64,000 bases of DNA from an uncultured Prevotellaceae bacterium (GCA_902789415.1 CADAOD010000021.1:5030-69029); one strand, 5' to 3'; positions 10,421-20,974 are shown, counted from the stretch's first letter. The notes: generated by a model from the letters alone, not told the origin. Numbers and translations: made by a program.

Positions 10421-11419
10421 ATGGAATTTGCCAATAAAGAATATCTGCTGTTGCTTCTGCTCATCATACCTTATATTATATGGTATGTGATGTACAGAAA
10501 GAAAACCGAGCCCACGCTGCGGATGAGCGATACGTTTGCCTTCCGCTATGCGCCCCGAAGCTGGAAGGTAACGTTGATGCCTCTCAGCATGCTGCTCCGA
10601 CTGCTGGTATTTGTAATGATAGTAATGGTGCTGGCTCGCCCTCAAACCCAGAACTCGTGGGATAGCAAAACCGTAGAGGGTATCGACATTATGCTGGCTA
10701 TGGACGTATCAACCAGTATGCTGGCCGAGGACTTGCGCCCAAACCGTATAGAGGCTGCCAAGCAGGTGGCTTCTGAGTTTATCATCGGTCGCCCTAACGA
10801 TAACATCGGCTTGGCCATTTTTGCTGGCGAATCGTTCACCCAGTGCCCAATGACCACCGATCATGCCTCGCTGCTGAATCTGCTGCAGAATGTGCGTACC
10901 GATATTGCCGCTCGCGGATTGATTGAGGATGGTACCGCTATCGGTATGGGACTGGCCAATGCCGTGAGCCGACTCAAGGATTCAAAGGCTAAGAGCAAGG
11001 TGGTTATCCTGCTTACCGATGGTAGTAACAACCGTGGTGATATCTCGCCATCAACAGCTGCCGAGATTGCCAAGAGCTTAGGCATCCGTGTTTATACCAT
11101 TGGTGTGGGTACCAATAAGCTGGCACCTTATCCTATGCCTGTGGCCGGTGGTGTGCAGTATGTGAATGTGCCCGTTGAGATTGATACCAAGACGCTGAGC
11201 GAGATTGCCAGCATTACTGAGGGCGATTTCTATCGCGCCACCAACACCAAGGAGCTGCGTAATATCTATAAGGAAATTGATCAGTTAGAGAAGTCGAAGC
11301 TCAACGTCAAGACCTTCAGCAAGCGTTACGAGGCCTATCAGCCTTTTGCACTTGTAGCTGTATTGGCGCTGTTGCTCGAGATTCTGCTGCGTGTAACTAT
11401 ATTTAGGAGGATACCGTAA
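10421..11419 (+). CDS. batA: BatA VWA-domain protein
   Basis: MIDAS DVSTSM, GTAIGMGLANAV, ILLTDGSNN; N-terminal TM segments. Confidence 0.9.
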   Translation: MEFANKEYLLLLLLIIPYIIWYVMYRKKTEPTLRMSDTFAFRYAPRSWKVTLMPLSMLLRLLVFVMIVMVLARPQTQNSWDSKTVEGIDIMLAMDVSTSMLAEDLRPNRIEAAKQVASEFIIGRPNDNIGLAIFAGESFTQCPMTTDHASLLNLLQNVRTDIAARGLIEDGTAIGMGLANAVSRLKDSKAKSKVVILLTDGSNNRGDISPSTAAEIAKSLGIRVYTIGVGTNKLAPYPMPVAGGVQYVNVPVEIDTKTLSEIASITEGDFYRATNTKELRNIYKEIDQLEKSKLNVKTFSKRYEAYQPFALVAVLALLLEILLRVTIFRRIP

Positions 11420-11421
11420 TT

Positions 11422-13122
11422 ATGTTTAGATTTGCTGACCCAATATATCTCTATCTTTTAGCGGTGATACCAGTGCTGGCCATCATCCGCTTTATCACGT
11501 ATCGCAATCAGAAGAAGCGGTTGCGTAAGTTTGGTGATCCCCAACTGCTGCGCTCGCTCATGCCCGACGTGTCGCGATTCCGTCCTGCTGTCAAATTCTG
11601 GATTCTGCAGGGCGCTTTGGCGTTGTTGGTGGTTATGCTGGCCCGTCCGCAATTTGGCACTAAGATCAGTAACGAGCAGCGTACCGGCATCGAGACCATT
11701 ATTGCGATGGATATCAGTAACTCTATGCTGGCCGAGGATATCACACCCAGCCGTTTGGACCGCAGTAAGATGATGGTCGAGAATCTGGTAGATCATTTCA
11801 CCAACGATAAGATTGGCTTGCTGGTATTTGCTGGCGATGCATTCGTACAGCTGCCTATCACCAGCGATTACGTATCGGCCAAGATGTTCCTGTCGAGTAT
11901 CGATCCATCCATGATGGCTACTCAGGGTACTGATATTGCCCGTGCCATCGATATGGCTACCCATAGCTTTACACAAGAGGAGGGTATCGGCAAGGCCATC
12001 ATCGTGATTACCGATGGCGAGGACCACGAGGGTGGGGCACTCGAATCTGCCAAGGCAGCTAAGGATGCCGGCATGCGTGTGTATGTGTTAGGTGTTGGTT
12101 CAACCCAAGGTGCACCTATCCCCATTCCGGGCACAGGCGATTATATGAAGGATAATACGGGCAACACGGTGATGTCGGCCCTTAACGAAGATATGTGTCG
12201 CCAGGTGGCTCAGGCCGGTGGCGGTGCCTATATCCATGTAGAGAACAACAGTGCTGCTCAGGACCAGTTGGATAACGAGCTTAACAAACTGGCTAAGAAA
12301 GAGACTACCAGCACCGTTTACAGCGAGTTCGACGAGCAGTTCCAGGCTGTGGCCATTCTGGCATTGCTGCTGCTCATTCTCGAAATCTGCATCTACGATC
12401 GTCGCAATCCGCTGCTCAAGCGTTTGTCGCTTTTCGGCTCAAAGAAGAAGGCCGCTGCTACCGTAGCTTTACTGCTGGTGGCTATCACAGCCAGCGCCCA
12501 GACCGATCGCCAGTATATCCGCGAGGGAAATAAGCAGTTCCGTGTGGGTCAGTACGATAAGGCCGAGGTGTCGTATCGTAAGGCAGTTGAAAAAAATCCC
12601 AAGAATCCACAGGCTGCCTATAACTTAGGTAATGCCCTGATGGCACAGAAGAAGGATTCGGCTGCTGTACAGCAGTTCGAGCAGGCCACCCGCATCGAGA
12701 CCAACCCACTGCGTAAGGCTGCAGCCTATCATAACATGGGTGTTATCTGTCAGACCCACAAGATGTACGGCGAGGCTATCGAGGCTTACAAGAATGCCCT
12801 GCGCCTGAATCCTAACGACGATGAAACCCGCTATAACCTGGTTCTCTGCAAGAAGCAGAAACAGAAGCAGGATAAGAACCAGCAGCAGAATCAGGACAAG
12901 AAGGACGATCAGAAGAAAGACGACCAGAAAAAGAACGATCAGAAAGATCAGAACAAAGATAAGAAAGACGACAAGCAGCAACAGCAGCAGAAGCCTCAGA
13001 TGAGTAAGGACAATGCCGAGCAACTCTTGAATGCCGCCATCCAGAACGAGAAGATGACGCAGGACAAGATGAAGAAACAGCAGCAACAGCCGCAGCGTCG
13101 TAATGTATTAAAGAATTGGTAA
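11422..13122 (+). CDS. BatB (VWA) - BatC (TPR) fusion
   Basis: DISNSM and ITDGEDHEG VWA motifs, then an internal signal-like stretch, TPRs (YNLGNAL) and a Q/K/D-rich tail ending RRNVLKNW. Confidence 0.85.
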   Translation: MFRFADPIYLYLLAVIPVLAIIRFITYRNQKKRLRKFGDPQLLRSLMPDVSRFRPAVKFWILQGALALLVVMLARPQFGTKISNEQRTGIETIIAMDISNSMLAEDITPSRLDRSKMMVENLVDHFTNDKIGLLVFAGDAFVQLPITSDYVSAKMFLSSIDPSMMATQGTDIARAIDMATHSFTQEEGIGKAIIVITDGEDHEGGALESAKAAKDAGMRVYVLGVGSTQGAPIPIPGTGDYMKDNTGNTVMSALNEDMCRQVAQAGGGAYIHVENNSAAQDQLDNELNKLAKKETTSTVYSEFDEQFQAVAILALLLLILEICIYDRRNPLLKRLSLFGSKKKAAATVALLLVAITASAQTDRQYIREGNKQFRVGQYDKAEVSYRKAVEKNPKNPQAAYNLGNALMAQKKDSAAVQQFEQATRIETNPLRKAAAYHNMGVICQTHKMYGEAIEAYKNALRLNPNDDETRYNLVLCKKQKQKQDKNQQQNQDKKDDQKKDDQKKNDQKDQNKDKKDDKQQQQQKPQMSKDNAEQLLNAAIQNEKMTQDKMKKQQQQPQRRNVLKNW

Positions 13123-15683
13123 TGAAACGTATAGCGATATTTATAGCAATGGTAATGACCACGGTTATGGCCGTGGCCCAAACATTAACAGCATCAGCAC
13201 CATCGCATGTAGCGGTGGGCGAGCAGTTCCGGTTGTCGTACACCATCAATACACAGAACGTGTCCGACTTTCGTGCTGGTAATATCCCATCCGAACTCGA
13301 GGTGCTCATTGGTCCTAACCGCTCCATGCAGTCGAGCTACCAGATGATAAATGGTCACACCTCGTCAACCTCATCTATTACCTATACTTATATAGTAGCG
13401 GCTACCAAGGGTGGTACATTTACCATTCCTGCAGCTTATGCGGTAGTAGATGGCAAGAAGATTTCCTCAAAAGCGCTTACCATCAAGGTGTCGGGCTCGG
13501 CTTCGGGCTCAGGCTCAAGCTCGCGCCAGAGTAGCGACGAAGGTGCCGAGATGCGCGATGCAGGTAGTCGTATTTCGGGAAGCGACCTGTTTATCAAGGT
13601 AAGCGCCAACAAGAAGCATGTTTACGAGCAGGAGCCCATTCTGCTCACCTATAAGGTTTACACACTGGTTCAGCTCACCCAGCTGCGTGGCGATATGCCC
13701 GACCTGAAGAGCTTCTATACCCAGGAGGTGGATCTGCCCCAGCAGAAGTCGTTCTCTATCGAGACGGTCAACGGTCGCCCATACCGTACCTGCACCTGGA
13801 GTCAGTACGTCATGTTCCCACAAACCACTGGTAAGCTGAAGATTCCAGCCATTACCTTCGAGGGTATCGTGGTGCAGCAGAATCGTAATGTAGATCCGTT
13901 CGAGGCATTCTTCAACGGTGGCTCAGGCTATGTCGAGGTAAAGAAGAAGATCGTGGCTCCAGGCATCGAGATTCAGGTAGATCCGCTGCCACAGCGTCCA
14001 GCTACCTTCTCGGGTGGAGTAGGTAAGTTCAATATCTCGGCTCAGCTCGATAAGACCGAGACTAAGGCCAACGACCCCATCACCCTGCGTGTGATTGTAA
14101 GCGGTACGGGTAACCTTAAGCTTATTAAGCAGCCTGTAGTCAACCTGCCTAAGGATTTTGATAAGTACGAGCCAAAGGTTACCGACCAGACCAAGCTGAC
14201 CACAGCCGGTATCGAGGGTTCTAAGATTTACGATATCCTGATTGTACCACGCCATCAGGGCCAGTACGATATTCCACCTGTAGAGTTTACTTATTTCGAT
14301 ACCGCCACCAAGCGTTACGAAACGGTAAAGAGCGAGGGCTTCCATCTCGATGTGGCCAAAGGGTCGGGTAGTGCTTCGGTAAGCGATTTCTCTGGTCAGG
14401 AGGATGTAGATGAGCTTAACAAGGATATCCGCTTTATCAAGACTGGCGATGCCGACCAGCACTTGACCAACGATTTCTTCTTCGGCTCAACCGCTTATTG
14501 GGTAATCATTGCTGCGCTGGTAGTAGTGTTTGTCACACTGTTTGTCATCTTCCGTCAGCGTGCCATCGACAACGCTAATGTTACCAAGATGCGTGGCAAG
14601 AAGGCCAACAAGGTTGCTACCAAGCGCTTGAAGTTAGCTGCCCGCCTGATGACCGACAACAAGCCTAACGAGTTCTACGACGAGGTACTGCGTGCCCTAT
14701 GGGGTTATGTGGGCGATAAACTCAATATCCCTGTGGCACAACTGTCGCACGATAACATCAGTCAGAAGCTGGCCGATCGTGGTGTACACCAGTCAATCAT
14801 CGATATGTTTATTGGTGCTATCGACGAGTGCGAGTTCGAGCGTTATGCCCCAGGCGATCCAAAGGGAAATATGAGTAAGGTTTACGATAAGGCCATGCTG
14901 GCCATCGAGAAGATCGAGGAGGTAATGAAGAAGGGTAGTAAGAAAGCCGCTACTTTGGTACTGTTACTGCTGTTGGCACCAATGGCAGCCAACGCAGCCA
15001 CTAAGGCCGAGGCTGATAGCGCCTATGTAAATGGCGAATACCAGACAGCCATCAAGGGCTACGAGCAGCTGCTTAAGCAGGGTGCTTCGGCCGAGCTGTA
15101 TTACAACTTGGGTAATGCCTACTATCGCACCGAGAATATCACCCGTGCCGTACTTAACTACGAGCGTGCCCTGTTGCTCTCGCCAGGCGATGCCGACATC
15201 CGTTTTAACCTGCAGTTGGCCCGCTCAAAAACCATCGATAAGATTGTGCCCGAGAGCGAGATGTTCTTCGTAACGTGGTACCGCTCGCTGGTTAACCTCA
15301 TGAGTGTAGATGGATGGGCACGTATGGCCCTTGTGTCGCTGGCCATCGTCATCGTACTGTTCCTGGTTTACCTGTTCTCGGCCCGTGTATGGATGCAGAA
15401 GTTAGGTTTCTTTGGTGGTATAGCCTTGTTGCTGCTGTTTGTGTTCAGCAATTTCTTTGCCTGGCAGCAGCGCCAGCAGTTGCTGTATCGCCAGGGTGCC
15501 ATCGTGGTAGCCCCATCGGTAGCCGTAAAGAGCACACCAGCCCAGAACGGTACCGACCTCTTTATTTTGCACGAGGGTACCAAGGTGGTCATCACCGATA
15601 GTTCGATGAAGAACTGGCGCGAGGTACGTTTGGCCGACGGTAAGAAGGGTTGGCTGGAGAGTAAGAAAATTGAAATGATCTAA
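13116..15683 (+). CDS. BatD - BatE (TPR + SH3) fusion
   Basis: BatD-type beta repeats followed by TPR (YYNLGNAYYR) and SH3 (LHEGTKV..W.EVRLADGKKGWL). Confidence 0.85.
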   Translation: MVMKRIAIFIAMVMTTVMAVAQTLTASAPSHVAVGEQFRLSYTINTQNVSDFRAGNIPSELEVLIGPNRSMQSSYQMINGHTSSTSSITYTYIVAATKGGTFTIPAAYAVVDGKKISSKALTIKVSGSASGSGSSSRQSSDEGAEMRDAGSRISGSDLFIKVSANKKHVYEQEPILLTYKVYTLVQLTQLRGDMPDLKSFYTQEVDLPQQKSFSIETVNGRPYRTCTWSQYVMFPQTTGKLKIPAITFEGIVVQQNRNVDPFEAFFNGGSGYVEVKKKIVAPGIEIQVDPLPQRPATFSGGVGKFNISAQLDKTETKANDPITLRVIVSGTGNLKLIKQPVVNLPKDFDKYEPKVTDQTKLTTAGIEGSKIYDILIVPRHQGQYDIPPVEFTYFDTATKRYETVKSEGFHLDVAKGSGSASVSDFSGQEDVDELNKDIRFIKTGDADQHLTNDFFFGSTAYWVIIAALVVVFVTLFVIFRQRAIDNANVTKMRGKKANKVATKRLKLAARLMTDNKPNEFYDEVLRALWGYVGDKLNIPVAQLSHDNISQKLADRGVHQSIIDMFIGAIDECEFERYAPGDPKGNMSKVYDKAMLAIEKIEEVMKKGSKKAATLVLLLLLAPMAANAATKAEADSAYVNGEYQTAIKGYEQLLKQGASAELYYNLGNAYYRTENITRAVLNYERALLLSPGDADIRFNLQLARSKTIDKIVPESEMFFVTWYRSLVNLMSVDGWARMALVSLAIVIVLFLVYLFSARVWMQKLGFFGGIALLLLFVFSNFFAWQQRQQLLYRQGAIVVAPSVAVKSTPAQNGTDLFILHEGTKVVITDSSMKNWREVRLADGKKGWLESKKIEMI

Positions 15684-15688
15684 GTACG

Positions 15689-16378
15689 ATGTTTGAAACG
15701 CTAATAGATTTAGATCGCGAGTTATTGTTGGCCGTTAACGGCAGCGATTCGCTGTTCCTCGACCGTTTGGTACGTTTGCTTACTAACGGTCTTACATGGA
15801 TACCGCTGTATCTGTCGCTGTTCTATATGGTCATGAAGAATAACGATAATTTCCGTCGTTTGCTGTATGTGCTGCTGGGTGCTGGGTTGTGTGTGCTGCT
15901 GGCAGGTACGGTTGATGACGAGATTGTTAAGCCCTTGGTGGCTCGTTGGCGTCCAACGCACGATCCTCAGATAGGTACACTGGTTGATATCGTGGATGGC
16001 TATCGTGGTGGTAAGTATGGCTTCTTCTCCGCCCATGCCTCAAACACCATGAGTATTGCCGTTTACTTTTGTTGGATGGTTCGTAGCCGTCGTTTGTCAA
16101 TAGCACTGGTCATCTGGTCGCTCATTAACTGCTGGACCCGCATGTACTTAGGTGTACACTTCCCAGGCGACATCCTGGTGGGCCTGTTGTGGGGCATCAC
16201 CGTAGGCACTGGTGTTTATTTCCTCTATCTTCGTATCACGCGTGGCATGTACACACCTCGTAATCTAAACCCTGCTCAATACACCACAGGCTGCTATCGC
16301 CGTCAGGACTGCAACTGGCCTGTAGGTGTGTTTGTATTCACATTAATTTTTGTATTTATTAAAGCTTGTATTATATGA
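15689..16378 (+). CDS. PAP2-family phosphatase
   Basis: K..VARWRP, FFSAHA, TRMYLGVHFPGD. Confidence 0.9.
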   Translation: MFETLIDLDRELLLAVNGSDSLFLDRLVRLLTNGLTWIPLYLSLFYMVMKNNDNFRRLLYVLLGAGLCVLLAGTVDDEIVKPLVARWRPTHDPQIGTLVDIVDGYRGGKYGFFSAHASNTMSIAVYFCWMVRSRRLSIALVIWSLINCWTRMYLGVHFPGDILVGLLWGITVGTGVYFLYLRITRGMYTPRNLNPAQYTTGCYRRQDCNWPVGVFVFTLIFVFIKACII

Positions 16379-17622
16379 ATTCCGATCCACGACATATTCG
16401 TATCAGCGATTATAACTATCCGCTGCCCGATGAGCGTATCGCTAAATTTCCTATTGCCCAGCGCGATCACTCTAAACTGTTGGTTTACCGCCAGGGCCAG
16501 GTATCGCACGATGTATTTTATAACCTGCCCGAGTATCTGCCCAAGGGTGCCTTGATGGTGTTTAATAACACCAAGGTTATCCAGGCGCGCATGCATTTCC
16601 GCAAGGATACAGGTGCCCTCATCGAGGTGTTCCTGTTAGAGCCCGCTCAGCCTTCGGATTACGAACTGATGTTCCAAACCACCGAGAAGTGCTCGTGGTA
16701 CTGTCTGGTGGGCAACCTGAAGAAATGGAAGGAAGGCACGCTGACACGTCAGGTGGAAGTGAATGGTGCTGAGTGGATTGTTAAAGCCACTCGCGGTCCT
16801 GTTCATGGCACCAGTCATCGCATTGATTTTGAGTGGGAGCCTGTAAACTCTCCACTGTCAACTGTTAACTGTCAACTGTCCTTCGCCGAGATTATCGACG
16901 CCATGGGCGAACTGCCCATTCCGCCATATTTGAACCGCGAAACCCAGGAGAGCGACAAGACCACCTACCAGACTGTTTACTCAAAAATCAAGGGTAGTGT
17001 GGCTGCACCTACTGCAGGTTTGCATTTCACCCCCGAGGTGCTGGCAGCGGTTGATGCTCACGGCATTGAGCGCGAGGAGCTCACCCTGCACGTGGGTGCC
17101 GGAACCTTTAAGCCTGTAAAGAGCGAGGAGATTCAGGGTCACGAGATGCACACCGAGTATATCTCGGTTCGTCGCGACACCATCCGCAAGCTGCTGGCTC
17201 ACGATGGCTGTGCCATTGCCGTAGGTACCACCAGCGTGCGTACCCTCGAGAGCCTGTATTATATGGGATTGAAGGTGATGCAGAACCCCGATGCTTCGGA
17301 GGACGATCTGCATGTAAACCAGTGGGAACCTTACGATACCGATACCCAGGTAAGCACCGTCGATTCGCTTACAGCCCTTGGTGCCTGGATGGATGCCCAC
17401 GGACTCGAAGTGCTGCACAGCAGTACCCAGATTATCATTGCCCCGGGCTATCAGTATCACATCGTAAAAATGCTGGTAACCAATTTCCACCAGCCACAGT
17501 CCACGCTGCTGCTCCTGGTGAGCGCCTTTGTAAAGGGCGACTGGCATAAGATCTACGATTATGCGCTGGCCAACGATTTCAGATTCCTGAGCTACGGCGA
17601 TTCATCGCTGCTCATTCCATAA
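16375..17622 (+). CDS. queA: SAM:tRNA ribosyltransferase-isomerase QueA
   Basis: FNNTKVI, PIPPYL, GSVAAPTAGLHFT, LHVGAGTF, VGTTSVRTLES, TNFHQPQSTL, FLSYGD. Confidence 0.96.
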   Translation: MNSDPRHIRISDYNYPLPDERIAKFPIAQRDHSKLLVYRQGQVSHDVFYNLPEYLPKGALMVFNNTKVIQARMHFRKDTGALIEVFLLEPAQPSDYELMFQTTEKCSWYCLVGNLKKWKEGTLTRQVEVNGAEWIVKATRGPVHGTSHRIDFEWEPVNSPLSTVNCQLSFAEIIDAMGELPIPPYLNRETQESDKTTYQTVYSKIKGSVAAPTAGLHFTPEVLAAVDAHGIEREELTLHVGAGTFKPVKSEEIQGHEMHTEYISVRRDTIRKLLAHDGCAIAVGTTSVRTLESLYYMGLKVMQNPDASEDDLHVNQWEPYDTDTQVSTVDSLTALGAWMDAHGLEVLHSSTQIIIAPGYQYHIVKMLVTNFHQPQSTLLLLVSAFVKGDWHKIYDYALANDFRFLSYGDSSLLIP

Positions 17623-17625
17623 CAC

Positions 17626-17666
17626 AAAAAAATAGGAGTTCCAATCATTTTCGGAACTCCTATTTT
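17626..17666. terminator. Bidirectional terminator between queA and the OmpH gene
   Basis: AAAATAGGAGTTCC/GGAACTCCTATTTT perfect inverted repeat. Confidence 0.85.
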
Positions 17667-17687
17667 AATTATAGAGTATTAATAATA

Positions 17688-18308
17688 TTACTTCTTCTCT
17701 TCAGCCTTCTTATCCTCGGCCTTCTCAGCAGCTGGCTTAGCTGTTGACTTGTAGCGCTTGTTCAGTCCGTTGATAACGTCCTGAGTAATATCCAGCTTCT
17801 TGTTGCCAATCAGGATGTTGTCGCCTGCCTTCGAGAGAATCAGGTCGTACTTCTTATCCTGGTTGTACGACTTCAGGAAGTTCTGCAGTGAGTCGCGCAG
17901 AGCCTCGTTGAACTTAGATGTCTCGTTGGCCAGTTCGTTCTCCAAACGTGCCTGCAACTCCTGCAGGTCGTTCTGCTGGCGCTGTATGGCGGCCTGCTGA
18001 CTGGCTGCCTGCTCGCGGCTCTGGAAACCGTTGTTGTTCAACTTCTGCTGGAAGTTAGCCATAGCAGCCTGCAGGGCGTTACCTTTCTGGTTCAGGGTGT
18101 TACGGGCATTGTTGCTCTTCTTCTGCAGGGTTACGCTGTAGTCCTTAGCAAATTTGTACTGAGTCATCAGCGAGTCAACCTCAACATAAGCAATCTTCAT
18201 ACCCTCGCCACTTGCAGCAGCGGGCTGGTCATCCATTTTAGGACTCTGGTTGTTGCACGATACCATCATAGCAGCGATGGCCAGTGCTGGAAAAATGTAC
18301 TTTTTCAT
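17688..18308 (-). CDS. OmpH/Skp-family chaperone (lipoprotein)
   Basis: Lipobox MMVSC, KIAYVEVDSL, coiled coil, YDLILSK..LDITQDVINGLN. Confidence 0.88.
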   Translation of the reverse strand: MKKYIFPALAIAAMMVSCNNQSPKMDDQPAAASGEGMKIAYVEVDSLMTQYKFAKDYSVTLQKKSNNARNTLNQKGNALQAAMANFQQKLNNNGFQSREQAASQQAAIQRQQNDLQELQARLENELANETSKFNEALRDSLQNFLKSYNQDKKYDLILSKAGDNILIGNKKLDITQDVINGLNKRYKSTAKPAAEKAEDKKAEEKK

Positions 18309-18401
18309 TTTCTGTTTTTAATTATTATTTTTTTAATTCTCAATTTTCAACTGTCAACTATCCGCTCGGCTTTGCCGCTTGGCTCTGCCAAGAACTGTCA
18401 A

Positions 18402-18608
18402 TTACTTCTCCGAGACAGCAAACGGACTTTTGGTGCGAAGCTCGCGATCCTGGTCCATCACACAGTGTATACCTCGGTCTTTCATCGCCTGCGAATCGTG
18501 GATATGCTGCGATGAGAACTCGCCGTTGCGCTTTAAAAGCACCTTTACGAGCAAAAATGCCATGCCTATAGCAATTATTAACGTGGTTATGAGTAGAGTC
18601 TCAATCAT
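18402..18608 (-). CDS. Small membrane protein
   Basis: N-terminal hydrophobic helix; co-oriented upstream of OmpH. Confidence 0.65.
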   Translation of the reverse strand: MIETLLITTLIIAIGMAFLLVKVLLKRNGEFSSQHIHDSQAMKDRGIHCVMDQDRELRTKSPFAVSEK

Positions 18609-18675
18609 TTTTTATATCTTTGCGGCTGCAAAGTTAAGCATTTTATATCGAAATCAAACAAAAAAAGCATTAATA

Positions 18676-20136
18676 ATGAATAAAAACGATTTAAAACCTG
18701 CAGTTGTGTTCGCAGAATTTGCGAAGATTAACGAAATTCCGCGTCCTTCTAAGCGCGAAGAGAAGATGATTGAGTATCTTAAGTCATGGGGCGAGAGCCA
18801 CAATTTGGATACCAAAGTAGATGAAACCGGTAATGTGATTATACGCAAGCCTGCCACCAAGGGTATGGAGAACTGCAAGACCGTTATCTTGCAGAGCCAT
18901 ATGGATATGGTGTGTGATAAGCTGGTTGATGTAGAGTTCGATTTTGACAAGGACGCTATCAAGACCTATGTAGATGGCGAGTGGCTCACCGCCGAGGGTA
19001 CCACACTGGGTGCCGACGATGGTATCGGTTGCGCCATCGAGCTGGCCATCCTGGCAAGCGACGACATTGAGCACGGTCCTATCGAGTGCGTGTTCACCCG
19101 CGACGAGGAGACTGGCTTGAGCGGTGCCGAGGGTATGAAGGCTGGTTTCATGACTGGCGATTACCTCATCAACCTCGACTCAGAGGACGAGGGCGAAATT
19201 TTTGTTTCTTGTGCCGGTGGTCGTAACACCACAGCCAAGTTCACCTTCAAGCGCCAGCAGGCCGCCCCAGGCAGCTTCTTCATGAAAGCCCAGCTCAAAG
19301 GTCTGGTTGGTGGTCACTCTGGTGACGATATCAACAAAAAGCGTGCTAACGCCATCAAGATCCTGGCTCGTTTCCTGTATCAGGAGATGAACCGTTACCA
19401 GGGCATCCAGTTGGCTCAGTTCCACAGTGGTAAGCTGCACAACGCTATCCCACGCGATGGTCAGTTCGTTATTGCCGTACCTCACGATGTAAAGGAGAAC
19501 GTAAAGGCCGATTGGAATGTGTTTGCAGCCGAGGTTGAGGACGAGTTCCACGTTACCGATACCCAGATGGTATGGAGCATGGAGAGCACCGATGCCGAGC
19601 CTGTTATCGATCCCGCTGTAGCCAAGAACTTTGTTTGGGCTGTTCAGGCAGTCGATAATGGTGTTTACGCCATCTGTCAGGACGAGGAGCTCGGCGGCAT
19701 GGTCGAGACCTCATCTAACATCGCCAGCATCCACACATCCGATGATACTATCGAGATTCTGTCGAGCCAGCGCAGTAACGTCATGTCTAACCTCGACAAT
19801 ATGTGTGCCACCATCCGTGCCGCCTTCCAGCTGGCAGGTGCCGAGGCTACATCGGGCGATGGCTATCCCGCTTGGAAGATGAAGACCAACTCAGAGCTGC
19901 AGAAGATTGTTCGCGAGAGCTACGTAAAACTGTTCGGTAAGGAGCCCGTGGTTCGTGGCATCCACGCTGGTTTGGAGTGCGGTTTGTTCTCAGAGCGCTA
20001 TCCTAACCTCGATATGGTAAGCTTCGGTCCCACATTGCGCTATGTGCATACCCCCGACGAGCGTCTGCTCATCCCAACCGTACAGATGGTATGGGATCAT
20101 CTGCTTGATGTACTTAAAAACATTCCACAGAAATGA
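18676..20136 (+). CDS. pepD: Aminoacyl-histidine dipeptidase (M20; start moved to ATG 18676)
   Basis: LQSHMDMV, GTTLGADDGIG, DEETG, IHAGLECG, VHTPDE. Confidence 0.95.
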   Translation: MNKNDLKPAVVFAEFAKINEIPRPSKREEKMIEYLKSWGESHNLDTKVDETGNVIIRKPATKGMENCKTVILQSHMDMVCDKLVDVEFDFDKDAIKTYVDGEWLTAEGTTLGADDGIGCAIELAILASDDIEHGPIECVFTRDEETGLSGAEGMKAGFMTGDYLINLDSEDEGEIFVSCAGGRNTTAKFTFKRQQAAPGSFFMKAQLKGLVGGHSGDDINKKRANAIKILARFLYQEMNRYQGIQLAQFHSGKLHNAIPRDGQFVIAVPHDVKENVKADWNVFAAEVEDEFHVTDTQMVWSMESTDAEPVIDPAVAKNFVWAVQAVDNGVYAICQDEELGGMVETSSNIASIHTSDDTIEILSSQRSNVMSNLDNMCATIRAAFQLAGAEATSGDGYPAWKMKTNSELQKIVRESYVKLFGKEPVVRGIHAGLECGLFSERYPNLDMVSFGPTLRYVHTPDERLLIPTVQMVWDHLLDVLKNIPQK

Positions 20137-20501
20137 TGCATGCGCGCGCGTACATTATAATTATAACCCTTTGCTTGGGTGTACTGCTTTTCGCCTCGTG
20201 CGGAAAGCAGTACGCCGCCGAGCAGACGGTGAAAGATTTTGTGGCTCAGAACATGCAGGATGGGGTAGAGACCTCGGGGGTTGATTTTGCTGATTTGGGC
20301 ACTACTCGACACATTACCGACTCGCTTGTGGCAAAAATGCGCAAAAATGGTGCGCAGCTGTATAAAAGCGGCATTCAGTATGCTAAAGCACCCGTTGGCG
20401 ACATGTATTATCTGAGAATGAGATACTTATACAAAGGCGACACCTTGCAAAACACCTTTTATCTCGACTCTACGCTTACCCAGGTAGTAGCGTTTAAATG
20501 A
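20133..20501 (+). CDS. Hypothetical lipoprotein
   Basis: Lipobox LFASC after a hydrophobic stretch. Confidence 0.7.
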   Translation: MMHARAYIIIITLCLGVLLFASCGKQYAAEQTVKDFVAQNMQDGVETSGVDFADLGTTRHITDSLVAKMRKNGAQLYKSGIQYAKAPVGDMYYLRMRYLYKGDTLQNTFYLDSTLTQVVAFK

Positions 20502-20610
20502 CTTTTTCGAAAAAAAGTAGGATAAAAATTTGGTGGAATCAAAAAATAGTCGTACCTTTGCACCCGCAATCGAGGAGATGCCCCAAGGTTTGGTACTCTA
20601 AGGTCCTTTT

Positions 20611-20700
20611 GGAAGGATGGGTGAGTGGCTGAAACCAGCAGTTTGCTAAACTGCCGTACGGGTTCCCGTACCGGGGGTTCGAATCCCCCTCCTTCCGCCA
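20611..20700 (+). tRNA. tRNA-Ser(GCT)
   Basis: Cloverleaf with long variable arm, anticodon loop TT-GCT-AA, GTTCGAATC T-arm, encoded CCA. Confidence 0.95.
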
Positions 20701-20736
20701 AAGGAGATCTCCGAGATTTGTCTTTGACATGCTGTT

Positions 20737-20808
20737 GGTCGATTCATCTAATGGTTAGGATACAAGATTCTCAATCTTGGCATAGGGGTTCGATTCCCCT
20801 ATCGACTA
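20737..20808 (+). tRNA. tRNA-Glu(CTC), copy 1
   Basis: Anticodon stem-loop CAAGA-TT-CTC-AA-TCTTG, GTTCGATTC T-arm. Confidence 0.93.
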
Positions 20809-20899
20809 CAACATCTTTTACATTTTGGTCGATTGAGTTTTCAACTCTATCTCCCTCGCGACTCGGCAATTCAAGTAAACTTGATTGCGCTCGCTGCTC

Positions 20900-20971
20900 G
20901 GTCGATTCATCTAATGGTTAGGATACAAGATTCTCAATCTTGGCATAGGGGTTCGATTCCCCTATCGACTA
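20900..20971 (+). tRNA. tRNA-Glu(CTC), copy 2; integration target
   Basis: Identical to copy 1 over 72 nt; 3' end duplicated at 54504-54518. Confidence 0.93.
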
Positions 20972-20972
20972 C
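20958..20972 (+). repeat. attL core
   Basis: TCCCCTATCGACTAC, same as 54504-54518. Confidence 0.9.
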
Positions 20973-20974
20973 TT

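Noticed and set aside
18379-18675. N-terminal 99-aa extension of PepD
   Set aside because: Overlaps the divergent small gene and its promoter; the PepD-like sequence starts at ATG 18676
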